A stretch of 64,000 bases of DNA, taken from an uncultured Nitrososphaeraceae archaeon. GTDB taxonomy: Archaea > Thermoproteota > Nitrososphaeria > Nitrososphaerales > Nitrososphaeraceae. Shown piece after piece: positions 22,021 to 32,063 of this stretch (its first letter is position 1; every line of letters begins with the position of its first letter). The notes below the pieces were generated by a model. It made no database searches, was not told the DNA's origin, and saw only the letters and a program-made list of their open reading frames with translations. The stretch is from NCBI GenBank assembly GCA_963837175.1, contig CAWIMJ010000009.1, positions 32,001 to 96,000 on the forward strand, given 5' to 3'. A program made the position numbers and the translations under genes.

Positions 22021-22581
22021 GTGTCTACTTCTTCTTTAGAACCCAAATCCCCAGGATGGATGCGCGCTGTACAAATCGGCCTAGGTATAATAGCTGTGAT
22101 AATATCAATAGCTGTCCTTGTTTCTCCAGCATTGACTGTCGTTTTATTAGTCAGAATAGTTGCAATAATTTTGTTAATAGTCGGAATTGAAAAAGTCTTA
22201 AGTGGTATATTTATACCAAGCAAGTCACGTTGGGGTACCATAGGTCTTGGTATTATAGTTATTATATTATCTATTATAGTTCTGTCATTCCCAGTAGGAA
22301 CAACTGCATTTTTGATAATCTTGCTTGCAATTGCTTTACTAATTGATGGTATTGCAAGAGTAATTCATGGTATTACGGACAAGACAGGCCGTAGTTGGTC
22401 AAGGATGTTCAGAATTGCCGCAGGTGTAATAGCTATTGCATTGGCTCTAGTGATAATCGCATCTCCTGCTATAGGAGCAGCGCTTGTAGGCATATTACTA
22501 GGAATAGCTCTGTTAATAATAGGCATCGAAATCATAGCAAGAGGTATAGCTGGGAGAAAAATATCATTAACACAATCTTAG
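22021..22581 (+). CDS. HdeD/DUF308 family membrane protein (paralog 3)
   Basis: SPGWMRAVQIGLG, GIEKV, DGIARVIHG, GIEII motifs. Confidence 0.85.
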   Translation: MSTSSLEPKSPGWMRAVQIGLGIIAVIISIAVLVSPALTVVLLVRIVAIILLIVGIEKVLSGIFIPSKSRWGTIGLGIIVIILSIIVLSFPVGTTAFLIILLAIALLIDGIARVIHGITDKTGRSWSRMFRIAAGVIAIALALVIIASPAIGAALVGILLGIALLIIGIEIIARGIAGRKISLTQS

Positions 22582-23078
22582 GGTGGATAAAGAGAAGAGA
22601 CAGATATCCTATTTCCTAAAATTTAAGATTATATTATTGCCTTTCAAATCTTGATTATGTCATGGTCTTTTTAGCCTATATATTCATTCACATAATTCTA
22701 TTAAGCCTAGATATATTATATCATAACTTTAGACTAAATCATTTTTACATTGCGCAAATGGATTACATACGCTAGTGTATTGCATCCCACCGAACCCGCT
22801 AACTATGCGGGTTCTTATACTGCTGAGTATAGAGTAACCATTGTTGTATACTGAAAAGTGCTTGGACATATTTAGATAAAGCATAAACACATATCTTGGA
22901 AAGTGTTGAGATACTGTGAGCCTAAGAGACATTCTTATTCTATAGAGAAATGTAAAAGGTTTCTTTTAGTTTAAAAAGAAAAATATTGACTGCAGCAGTA
23001 AGGCTGTCAGTTATTATTACCTGTCTAGGTTACCGGTGTCACGTACTCCTGGTCCGCTAACATAATTTCAATTGATGC

Positions 23079-23730
23079 TATACCAGTTAACATAATTACT
23101 CTGACACACCTCCAACCAGATAATTTCGCATATTCAGATTAAAATGCATGGTTCTGAAGTATTGATCTATTTTCATTTTAAAATCTGTAAATGATGGATG
23201 GATGGTACATCATCAGTACCAGCAGGTCTTTCTTATAGATATGTTCCAGCATTCTTCCACCACTATCATGAACTCTGGTGACGCTGTTGGCAGCCAGATT
23301 GGTATCAGATCTTGCTTGTTTATGCTTTTGGAGGTACTGTTTTATCTTTTGTGATTTGTAATGCCGTGTGGCCTTGTCCAAAAACAAATAACATTTTGGA
23401 AATTTAATTTATAGTGGATTAGTTTTAGGAATTCATAGAATGTGTGTACTCATTAAATCAATCTGTCATACTGCTTGAATAACTGTTTACCTTCCTTCCA
23501 AACTAACTAATCGCACCAAACATACAGAAATGTCTGTGTGAGCTTTGTTGTTGTAACTACTGGTCTTGCATTCTCTTGGATCCACCCACATCTTTCTTAC
23601 AAAAGAATCAAGAAGAAAAATGATTCATCTAGCAATACTGTTGTAAATCCTTTAGGTAAATTGTTTAGTATTTTCTGTGTTCTTTTTTGAAAGCATCTTT
23701 TTCCAACTAGCAGAAAAGTCCCTGATGATT
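23079..23730 (-). mobile_element. IS630-family transposase relic with right terminal repeat
   Basis: DDE fragments LLDESF, LFLDKATRHYKS and IWLPTASPEF..EECW across frameshifts. On the minus strand the element ends AATTATGTTAACTGGTATA. Confidence 0.8.
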
Positions 23731-23879
23731 ATATGGGATGGAGATCGGATTGATAATTCCATTAGAAAAACAAATAAGACTATAGGGCGTCCACTAGTTA
23801 ACTAGTGTGCTTTGCTAGAACAACATTACTATAATTTTAGTTACTGAATAATAGTAAAAAGAAGATAACTTGTCCGACT

Positions 23880-24110
23880 AACATTCGAAGACATGTGGCT
23901 TCCCCTGCAAGACTACTTTGATAGGCTAAGAGATAGCCCCGTGGTTTGCCCATATCATCCTACGCTCATACTCCCCACTTTTGGAGTGGTTAACCTACTG
24001 CTTAGAATGACATACATCATTTCTGAAGCGAATGCAAGCCTTTACTTGCAAACGTGGACCAAAATGATGTATGATCTACTCTTTCGGTCAGTCGAACATT
24101 ATGCATTTGA
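23880..24110 (-). ncRNA. Candidate structured RNA or mobile-RNA relic
   Basis: GC-elevated intergenic block with a 12-bp stem (24011-24022/24062-24073) enclosing a 6-bp stem (24033-24038/24045-24050), plus hairpins at 23924-23938 and 23975-23989. A C-GAAA-G loop on the minus strand near 24081-24086 suggests the strand. Confidence 0.35.
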
Positions 24111-24561
24111 ATAAACCTATATTTAACTATCCTTGTTAAAATTAATTTATCTAGTAATTTGAGTCTATTCACTTTACAATAAATTTATAGCTAAAGACAC
24201 TCACTTCTTTTTCTTTCTATGTTAGATTCAAAAAAGAAGCAGAGTATCTTCATCGATATACTCTCTTAATGAAAGAGTATATATGATTACCTTCCATCAT
24301 TGAGCATTAGAAACAAAAGAATGACTGCTACTGCTCTGGCTAATAATACTACTACAACATTATTAATATTCCACAATCATATAGTGTTAAGACATTGTGC
24401 ATCCTTTTTTACTGTCTCACTATCCCTCGCTCCCTTCCTTCTTCATACTTCAATTCTTATCTTACACATGAATTTATAGATTTTATATATATAATGAATC
24501 CCGAATCAGCAGAATCAAAAGGGAAAGAAGAAAAACAAGAAAAAAAGCAAAAGAAATTAGG

Positions 24562-25206
24562 CTATGGTTGTGTCAGAACAGTTTCACAATTCTTTGAAAT
24601 TTGTGGGTCTGCACCACTGGCTAACACAACTGTATCCTGTCCACCACCGCAATTAACCTTACTACCCTCAGATGTAGGGCCTATAGTATTCGTATCATCT
24701 CCTCCACCACTATGTATTGTAGTCTGTCCTTGAGTAAAGGCTGCAATATTATTATCACTTCCTCCACCACTATTTTGTTTAACATCTCCTTGAGTAATGC
24801 CTGCACCATTCGCATCACTTCCTCCACCACTATTTTGTTTAACATCTCCTTGAGTAAAGCCTGCAAGATTACCATCACTTCCTCCACCACTATTTTGTTT
24901 AACATCTCCTTGAGTAAAGCCTGCACTATTCAAATCAATTCCTCCACCACTATTTTGTTTAACATCTCCTTGAGTAAAGCCTGCACTATTCAAATCAATT
25001 CCTCCACCACTATTTTGTTTAACATGTCCTTGAGTAGAAGATGCAACATTAGTATCATCTCTACTTTTACCTTGAGCCCATGCATCTATTATCGTTGTAG
25101 TCACTGTGGTTGTAGTAGTAGATGTCAATATTGCATTAGATGTTAAAAGTCCTATTAGTGTAGCTGTTAGTAGTAATAATGTCCTTATTCTGGTAGTTTT
25201 TTCCAT
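24562..25206 (-). CDS. Secreted RTX-like (putative Ca-binding beta-roll) repeat protein
   Basis: Signal/anchor ending AWAQ, about six copies of the 20-aa repeat TQGDVKQNSGGGxDxNxAGF, C-terminal NCGGGQDTV...NCE. Confidence 0.75.
   Translation of the reverse strand: MEKTTRIRTLLLLTATLIGLLTSNAILTSTTTTTVTTTIIDAWAQGKSRDDTNVASSTQGHVKQNSGGGIDLNSAGFTQGDVKQNSGGGIDLNSAGFTQGDVKQNSGGGSDGNLAGFTQGDVKQNSGGGSDANGAGITQGDVKQNSGGGSDNNIAAFTQGQTTIHSGGGDDTNTIGPTSEGSKVNCGGGQDTVVLASGADPQISKNCETVLTQP
24697..25040. repeat. 60-bp tandem repeat, about 6 copies
   Basis: The unit cctccaccactattttgtttaacatctccttgagta.. recurs every 60 nt. Confidence 0.95.
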
Positions 25207-26332
25207 CTAATTTGTCTTATCTTCTGTAATAAATAATAAACTTTTACCTAAGCGAGACAAAATAACCTATAATATACTTACAGAGTAACCTATCTCATTA
25301 TTTCTGAGCGAAGTTGAGATGCTAAATGAAACACTACATAATAGATTTGCAGAAACAACAACAAAAGAACATGCACAAATTCCATGTAGAGTTTATGCGG
25401 ATATCTATGGACATGGATTAAAATATTGCAATGAGTATTAGCAGAGTCTTTCTATCAGAAGATGACAGGAATATGATAAACGATACTACTACTAGAAAGA
25501 TGAAAAGACATAGATAGATAAAATCCACTTAGATATTTAATAATGATAATCTAATAATGCAAGTATATACTTGCCATCGAGTACTATCTTCAGAGTAAAT
25601 ATGTCTATTAATAGTTCGCATGCTTGAAGATAGTGCAATAACTGATGATGAAGAGAGACAAAGACTACCAGAATTAAGATATTGGGTGGGAATTATTCCG
25701 TATTCTTACCATAATATTCAGAATACGGTTTCTGTTCCCATTACCCAAAGGTCTATTGAGGGTACTTCTATACATAGTAATTATGTTATATAATAATTTC
25801 TCCTAACAATATACTATATATTAGGAAATTATCAATTTATCACCTTAGAAGGCAACACGCCGCATATAATTAGAACATGAGAAATTGTGCCAATGAAGAT
25901 AACAATAACAATAATGAGATGTGCTGTACTCAATCATAGTGATGGCGGAAATGACTTAAGAGAACACTTAACATCATTGTAAATAAGGAAGTTTAATGGT
26001 GTAAAAGCAAATTTTAGAATAATCAGTAACTACTCTAGAGAAGTATGATATAGTATTACTTAAACCAGTCAAGTGGCAGATATTATCTACACAAAGATAA
26101 ACGTGCAAGATATTAAAGGAAAACAGGCTGAGAAGATAATCAGGCAAGCGCTTGCTTGTCTAATACAAATGACGATGACCAAATTGATATCTTGGTAACA
26201 TCGATAACTTTGGTCATGATAGCTTTCCATTTGCAAATATCAACAGAGTACAATTGTTACATCTTAACATTAACTTATTTGTTTCAATTGGCTAAGTGAT
26301 TCTTATATTCCACTTAATTTGATAATCAAATT

Positions 26333-26503
26333 ATGAAGACATTATCCTGTCGTGAAGCTGGATGTGAATGCGACTATATTGCTAAAGGAGAAACAGAAGA
26401 AGAGGTTATTAGAGATGCCATAGATCATTACATTGCAGAACATGGTATATGCGGCATAGTCAATGCTGTTATGTTACTTAGTGCTTCCTTTTGTTGCATT
26501 TAG
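26333..26503 (+). CDS. DUF1059 small metal-binding protein, C-terminus probably truncated or replaced
   Basis: MKTLSCREAGCECDYIAKGETEEEVIRDAIDHYIAEHG has the C..G..C..GETEEE..H...H pattern. It is below the ORF-track length cutoff. Confidence 0.7.
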   Translation: MKTLSCREAGCECDYIAKGETEEEVIRDAIDHYIAEHGICGIVNAVMLLSASFCCI

Positions 26504-26720
26504 GATTAATCCAGCAATCTCCTCTGGGTGTGATACAAGTCACGCATGGCTAGAGTTGACTGATATAGTGATAGGTTGGATTTGTTTTGCTAAGAGACGC
26601 TGTGCATCAGGAGGAATGATGTCGTTGCTCCCAGACACCTGAAACCATGTCAAAAATTGATTCCAAGCTGGAAGGCGAGATTTTTCAGCAAGAATTGAAT
26701 GATTAGTTGGCTTCTGCACA
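26474..26720 (-). pseudogene. Alpha/beta hydrolase C-terminal relic
   Basis: VQKPTNHSILAEKSRLPAWNQFLTWFQVSGSNDIIPPDAQR..NSSHA*LVSHPEEIAGLI covers the Asp/His catalytic region and has an internal stop. Confidence 0.7.
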
Positions 26721-26850
26721 ATTGCTTATAAGATCAGCATTCCAATTCTAATTGATAGGATTTGAATCGGCCTATCATTGAAGTCTTATTGCTAAAATTG
26801 GCTTTTCAAAATCTAATATAGCAAAACAAATTGATGAAATCAACAATAAC

Positions 26851-28161
26851 TTACCAGTCACCTTTTCTGATCCTCAACAGTCGGAAAGATAGGATAAAAA
26901 CTGTGAATATGACTCCGGCACTAATTAGAAAAGTAGTTTTCCCAAACAAATTATACAAAAGACCTCCTGCTGTTAATCCAATAATACTTGCGAGGCTTGC
27001 AAAACTACTTGCAATACCTTGTACTGCACCTTGATGAATAGTTCCTGCACGCTTTGAAAGTATTGACACTACGGATGGCCACATTAGACCATTACCAACT
27101 GCAAATAATATCGCTGCCCCATAAATTAAGGCAATATAATTTGATACAAACAAAACGAAATTTGTACCTAAAATAAGACTACCAATTACTACTAATTTTT
27201 CCTCAGAGAATTTTTTTAATGCCTTACGTAGAATAGGGCCTTGAACTAAAACCATGATACCGCTTAGTATTGCAAAAAATATTCCCATTTCTGTTACTGT
27301 CCACCCCAAGCCAGATACAGCATGAATAGGAAAGGAAGTGTAAAAGATGTTAAACCCAAGAAAAATAAAAAAATACAATAAGAGCAAAAACGAAATATGC
27401 TTTAAATGGAAAACATCTAGGAATTTAAGTCTCTGGGGGTTTGAAGTCTTGTAGCACTCCTTGCATTCAAATGCAAAGACTTTTCCAACATTTTGTATTT
27501 CTTTTTCTGGATTTACTATTACTGATGAAGACTTGGATTCCTTTAGAGTGAAGTTTATCACAACTAAGATAGCTAAAGAGAGAAACAGGGCTGCCAGTAC
27601 GGGTAATTTTTCTCCATAAATTGTTGCACCTAAAATCCCTGCTATGGCAGGTCCAACAATAAAACCTATATTAGACGATATTGCCATTTTCCCAAAATTT
27701 TTGCTCCTATTTTCTTCTGATGAAACATCGGAAACGTATGCATCTGCGACAGAAACATTGCCACCGGTAAGACCATCTATAGCTCTGGCAAAGAATAGTA
27801 CAACTATTGGAAGAGTTATAGTAATCATTCCAATTATTGTAGAATTAATACTAAAGAGATTTTGAATAGGTAAAATTAATGCAATAAGGAAAATAACCCA
27901 TCCAGCTAGCGTTCCTCCATGACTTAAGAGAAGAATCTTTTTCCTTCCATAAATATCAGACCATCGTCCTAAAATAGGAGCCCCAATAAGTTGTAAAGCA
28001 GGATACGTTGCAGCAAGTATCCCATAGACTATAGCATTTCCACCAAAATCTGTAACTAAAAAAACCAGAAAAGGGAGAACAATACTAAAACCCAGAGTGC
28101 CTATAAAATTAATCAATAATATAGGAAAAAGTGAAATCTGTTCCTTGTGTACGCTTGCCAA
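26851..28161 (-). CDS. MFS transporter, TetA/DHA1-like
   Basis: Motif A LGRWSDIYGRKK, RAIDGLTGGNVSVA, motif C GFIVGPAIAG. Confidence 0.9.
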   Translation of the reverse strand: MASVHKEQISLFPILLINFIGTLGFSIVLPFLVFLVTDFGGNAIVYGILAATYPALQLIGAPILGRWSDIYGRKKILLLSHGGTLAGWVIFLIALILPIQNLFSINSTIIGMITITLPIVVLFFARAIDGLTGGNVSVADAYVSDVSSEENRSKNFGKMAISSNIGFIVGPAIAGILGATIYGEKLPVLAALFLSLAILVVINFTLKESKSSSVIVNPEKEIQNVGKVFAFECKECYKTSNPQRLKFLDVFHLKHISFLLLLYFFIFLGFNIFYTSFPIHAVSGLGWTVTEMGIFFAILSGIMVLVQGPILRKALKKFSEEKLVVIGSLILGTNFVLFVSNYIALIYGAAILFAVGNGLMWPSVVSILSKRAGTIHQGAVQGIASSFASLASIIGLTAGGLLYNLFGKTTFLISAGVIFTVFILSFRLLRIRKGDW

Positions 28162-28328
28162 TATTCAGCTATTATCCTGGATCTTTAACCATTGTCTGTG
28201 TATTAGTCATAAGACTAGAAAATTTGATAGTAGTGATATTTTGATTACCTGTAAATAAAGGTAATGTTTTGGAGCCTAGTCCACCAAGGCTTCCAATTCC
28301 GCCAGGTCCTCCTATGATGACCTATTGT

Positions 28329-29594
28329 TTAGTAGCGTGGATCCCATGGGCTACATCCCAAGGCCGCCAAGGCCACCAATTCCGCCAAGGCCACCTAATC
28401 CGCCAGGTCCACCAAGTCCGCCAATTCCGCCTAATTCCACCAAGGCCACCTAATCCGCCAATTCCGCCAGGTCCGCCTAATCCGCCAATACCGCCAAGGC
28501 TACCAATTCCACCAAGGCCACCGAATCCGCCTAATCCGCCAGGTCCACCGAATCCGCCTAATCCGCCAATTCCTCCGGGTCCGCCTAATCCGCCAATACC
28601 GCCAAGGCTACCAATTCCACCAAGGCCACCGAATCCGCCTAATCCGCCAGGTCCACCGAATCCACCTAATCCGCCAATTCCTCCGGGTCCGCCTAATCCG
28701 CCAATACCGCCAAGGCTACCAATTCCACCAAGGCCACCGAATCCGCCTAATCCGCCAGGTCCACCGAATCCACCTAATCCGCCAATTCCGCCAGGTCCAC
28801 CGAATCCACCTAATCCGCCAATTCCTCCGAGGTCCACCTAATCCCCGGTCCACCGAATCCGCCAATACCGCCAAGGCTACCAATTCCACCAAGGCCACCG
28901 AATCCGCCTAATCCGCCAGGTCCACCGAATCCACCTAATCCGCCAATTCCTCCGGGTCCACCTAATCCGCCAATACCGCCAAGGCTACCAATTCCACCAA
29001 GGCCACCTGAATCCGCCTAATCCGCCAATTCCTCCGGGTCCGCCGAATCCGCCAATTCCGCCAGGGTCTACCAATTCCGCCAAGGCTACCTAATCCGCCA
29101 ATTCCCCGAGTCCACCTAATCCGCCTAATTCGCCAATTCCTCCGGGTCCGCCTAATCCGCCAGGTCCACCGAATCCGCCTAATTCCGCCAGGTCCGCCTA
29201 ATCCGCCAGGTCCGCCTAATCCGCCAGGTCCGCCTAATCCGCCAGGTCCACCAAGGCCACCTAATCCACCAAGGCCACCTAATCCTCCAATTCCGCCAAT
29301 TCCACCTAATCCGCCAGGTCCGCCTAATCCGCCAGGTCCGCCTAATCCGCCAGGTCCACCGAATCCGCCAGGTCCGCCTAATCCGCCAATTCCTCCGGGT
29401 CCGCCTAATCCGCCAGGTCCACCTAATCCGCCAGGTCCACCTAATCCGCCAGGTCCACCAAGGCTACCAATTCCGCGAGGTCCTAGGTTCGCATTGGCTA
29501 CTTGTAAAGTAGCAGTTGCACTTAACAGTCCAATTACTGATGCCAATAAGACACTAAAAACACCGATTTTTTTTGTATTCATTAGCAGTATCAT
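28329..29594 (-). CDS. Secreted glycine-rich (GGX)n repeat protein, interrupted by several single-base frameshifts
   Basis: Signal peptide (KKIGVFSVLLASVIGLLSATATLQVANA) followed by over 1.1 kb of GG[L/I/P/F] triplets. The split ORFs 28962-29594 and 28322-28837 are pieces of it. The exact stop is uncertain. Confidence 0.75.
28362..29480. repeat. GC-rich 9-bp-based tandem repeat with a 108-bp higher-order unit
   Basis: The marker ccgccaaggctaccaattccaccaaggccacc occurs at 28491, 28599, 28707, 28868 and 28976. Confidence 0.95.
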
Positions 29595-29920
29595 TACGTC
29601 TTATTATATAAGAATTGTTTAACTATATTCCACATAGTATTCACATTGAATATTATTCAATAAAAAATTCCTGTTGTGCCTTTTTCACATCCTAGTCATT
29701 GAAGGAATCATCCTTTCAATAACATCCTTTTCAAATGATGAGTGCAATCTATCTACTAGTCCCAAAGAATTACATACTTCAAGACGCCATGTCTCTCCAT
29801 ATCAAAATAAATAATATGTTTACCATAGAATTTAATCAAAGCCGCATAAATGTCTCTCAACGAGTAGTTAATACAGCCCTATTCAGCAGACTATAAAATC
29901 TGAAACACTTTATAGAATAA

Positions 29921-30130
29921 ATAGGATGGTTTTCTGGAGCTACATTCCCCAATGAAGCAGATTTTACTAGAGCTATGTTCTCTAGTAATGAGCCTAGAAC
30001 ATTTTTCAATTTCAATTATATAATATTTGAGCAGCCAAATAAGATCTCATTCGATGAAAATAACTTATCAAAAGTCTCATTTGCTGGCAGCGATATCACC
30101 AAATCTTATTTTGGTTATTTATATAATTAA
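29921..30130 (+). pseudogene. Pentapeptide-repeat protein fragment
   Basis: FSGATFPNEADFTRAMF..FEQPNKISF..NLSKVSFAGSDIT with no start codon. Confidence 0.5.
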
Positions 30131-30368
30131 TTATAAGATAGGTATCTATCTATCATCATTAGTAGTAATAATCATAATGCCTGATAATTAATGCTTGAGT
30201 ATATACTCATACTAGGGATTAATATATCCTCATGTATTGTATCATGAAGGATGGTTTGATATTTCAAAAAAGAGAGAATGACAAAAATAATAATTATTGA
30301 ATATTAAAGCCACTCTGATTATATCAAGGTGTCATCGAGACGTTTTTAGTTTATTTCAAGGAGCGTTT

Positions 30369-30770
30369 CTAACGGTCTTGAAATTTCTGAATCAGCTTTG
30401 TTAAGTTAGCTCCTACCTCTTCTTTGATCTGAGCAAGCTCTGATGCGTTTATTCCAAGCGCCTGAGATGCTTGTGTAAACTTTTCAGATAATGACTTAAA
30501 TGGACCTGACTCAACCAGACTAGTCAAATTGCTTGTAAGGTTTCCACCCTGTGGTAACGTCATATTCACACCTGATTCATTAACCGCTCCACGAAATTTT
30601 TCAACAAATCGTGGAAGTTTTTCCTGTGCCTGCGATAATGCTGAAGTTCTATTCTCGGATTGAGCATAAGTAATGATATTTGTAGCAGAAAATACGAACA
30701 AAGCTAAAGCTGAAATCAAACCTACTCCTATCAATATGAGCTTCCTTTCATTATTCATATATAATTTCAT
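30369..30770 (-). CDS. Secreted or membrane-anchored hypothetical protein
   Basis: Signal ending TYAQ, sequons NRT/NES/NMT/NLT/NAS, helical body. Confidence 0.7.
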   Translation of the reverse strand: MKLYMNNERKLILIGVGLISALALFVFSATNIITYAQSENRTSALSQAQEKLPRFVEKFRGAVNESGVNMTLPQGGNLTSNLTSLVESGPFKSLSEKFTQASQALGINASELAQIKEEVGANLTKLIQKFQDR

Positions 30771-31225
30771 TTCATATAGACTTGAACAACTATAAATGTG
30801 TTATTAGATTGGCTCCCAGAGCCAAAGTTATACAAATAACTAGTATTTGCCTGGCTGTGGGGTTAGTTAGTGGGATACATATAGAAAATCAAAAGAACAG
30901 ATTTGTTGTAACTCATAATAATCACTTCGCATTATGTGGATCTACATGGATGTTTTTGTCTATACTAAATGCTTCGCTATTTAAGAGAAAAAATAATTCT
31001 ACAAATGAATCAGGCTATCCAATTTAGCTTTAAGCACACATTTTATCAATCAATTTTGATATGGATATATTTGCAACTAGATAGATAGAAGCTATAGTCA
31101 GAGTGTAGGCCTAGTATATCATAGCTCTGATAGAGATGTTATTGAATCTATTGACATGCTTCTGGGAATGGATAATATCGTTATATTCATGTGTAATTTT
31201 TTAATAGACTTTATATATCACAAGG

Positions 31226-31696
31226 ATGAGTATTCAAAACATGAAAATTGGCATTATTGCTGTCTTGATAACATCAGTTATGGGTTTGAGTCTAATTTCG
31301 CTCCCTTTTGAAAATGCACAAGCTGCTAACACAAAAGAACAAACACAAACACAAACCGGTGTGTTGGTCGGATATGGAGGACGACTTTTTGGGCTTGTTG
31401 ATATTTCATCAAATGGACACACGACAGAAGTTAATATTGCAACAAATTTTCAACCTCCTAATGGCAAGATTTTTGAGGCTTGGCTTGTAGATGGAGGAGG
31501 AGGTGCTTCTGGCTATCCTCTTAGCTTAGGACAGATCTTTAAATCCGGTACACTAAAATTCAATCAACACATGGTCAACGCATACACGTATACTGATTTA
31601 ATTATAACCCTTGAACCAGTGAACGATTTGGATCCTGGTGGTGCTTGGTCTCAAACAGTAGCAGCCTATCTTTTGGCTCCACCATTTGGAAAGTAA
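31226..31696 (+). CDS. Secreted protein with RskA (anti-sigma-K) C-terminal-like domain
   Basis: Signal peptide, then PPNGKIFEAWLVD..LSLG..LIITLEP..DP, resembling the RskA Y/FQxW...G...xxTxEP motif. Confidence 0.65.
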   Translation: MSIQNMKIGIIAVLITSVMGLSLISLPFENAQAANTKEQTQTQTGVLVGYGGRLFGLVDISSNGHTTEVNIATNFQPPNGKIFEAWLVDGGGGASGYPLSLGQIFKSGTLKFNQHMVNAYTYTDLIITLEPVNDLDPGGAWSQTVAAYLLAPPFGK

Positions 31697-31859
31697 CTAG
31701 ATGTATATGAGCTACTTCATAGATAAAAGAAGCAATACTTTCAATTTTTTGCTATGTATTTTTTAGATATAAAAATCTAAATTTGTTTGTGAATCTCATG
31801 CCTCTATTATATTCGTTATATTTGAATGCTTTTATCATATCATTTACTAACGGTAGGAT

Positions 31860-32063
31860 ATGGATGCTATAAATTATCAGTATCAAAAGAGTAATAATAA
31901 TAACAAGAAACTATCAAAGGTACTCTCTACAAAACTATCAATAGATGATTATAATGCATTTGTTATGCTAACCAAGATTGAATATGAAGCCGGATTAATA
32001 AAAGAAGCAAGTACATCAGAACTGACGATTTACAATAAAACATATACTAAATCAAGTTCATAA
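31860..32063 (+). CDS. Hypothetical protein, possible RHH-like DNA-binding remnant
   Basis: KVLSTKLSIDDYNAF...STSEL is compatible with a ribbon-helix-helix pattern. Probably frameshifted at the 3' end. Confidence 0.35.
   Translation: MDAINYQYQKSNNNNKKLSKVLSTKLSIDDYNAFVMLTKIEYEAGLIKEASTSELTIYNKTYTKSSS

Noticed and set aside
23893-24114. 73-aa plus-strand ORF
   Set aside because: No recognisable motif. The region is better explained by base-pairing potential, though coding is not formally excluded.
24697-25040. Constant-plus-variable 60-bp repeats as a CRISPR array
   Set aside because: The period is exactly 60 nt and in frame within a signal-peptide ORF, the variable parts are short and related to each other, and no cas1/cas2 is present.
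28269-28841. Pro-rich plus-strand ORF (PPGPPNPPIPP) as a collagen-like protein
   Set aside because: It is the antisense shadow of the GGX gene. The signal peptide and TATA-like element belong to the minus strand.
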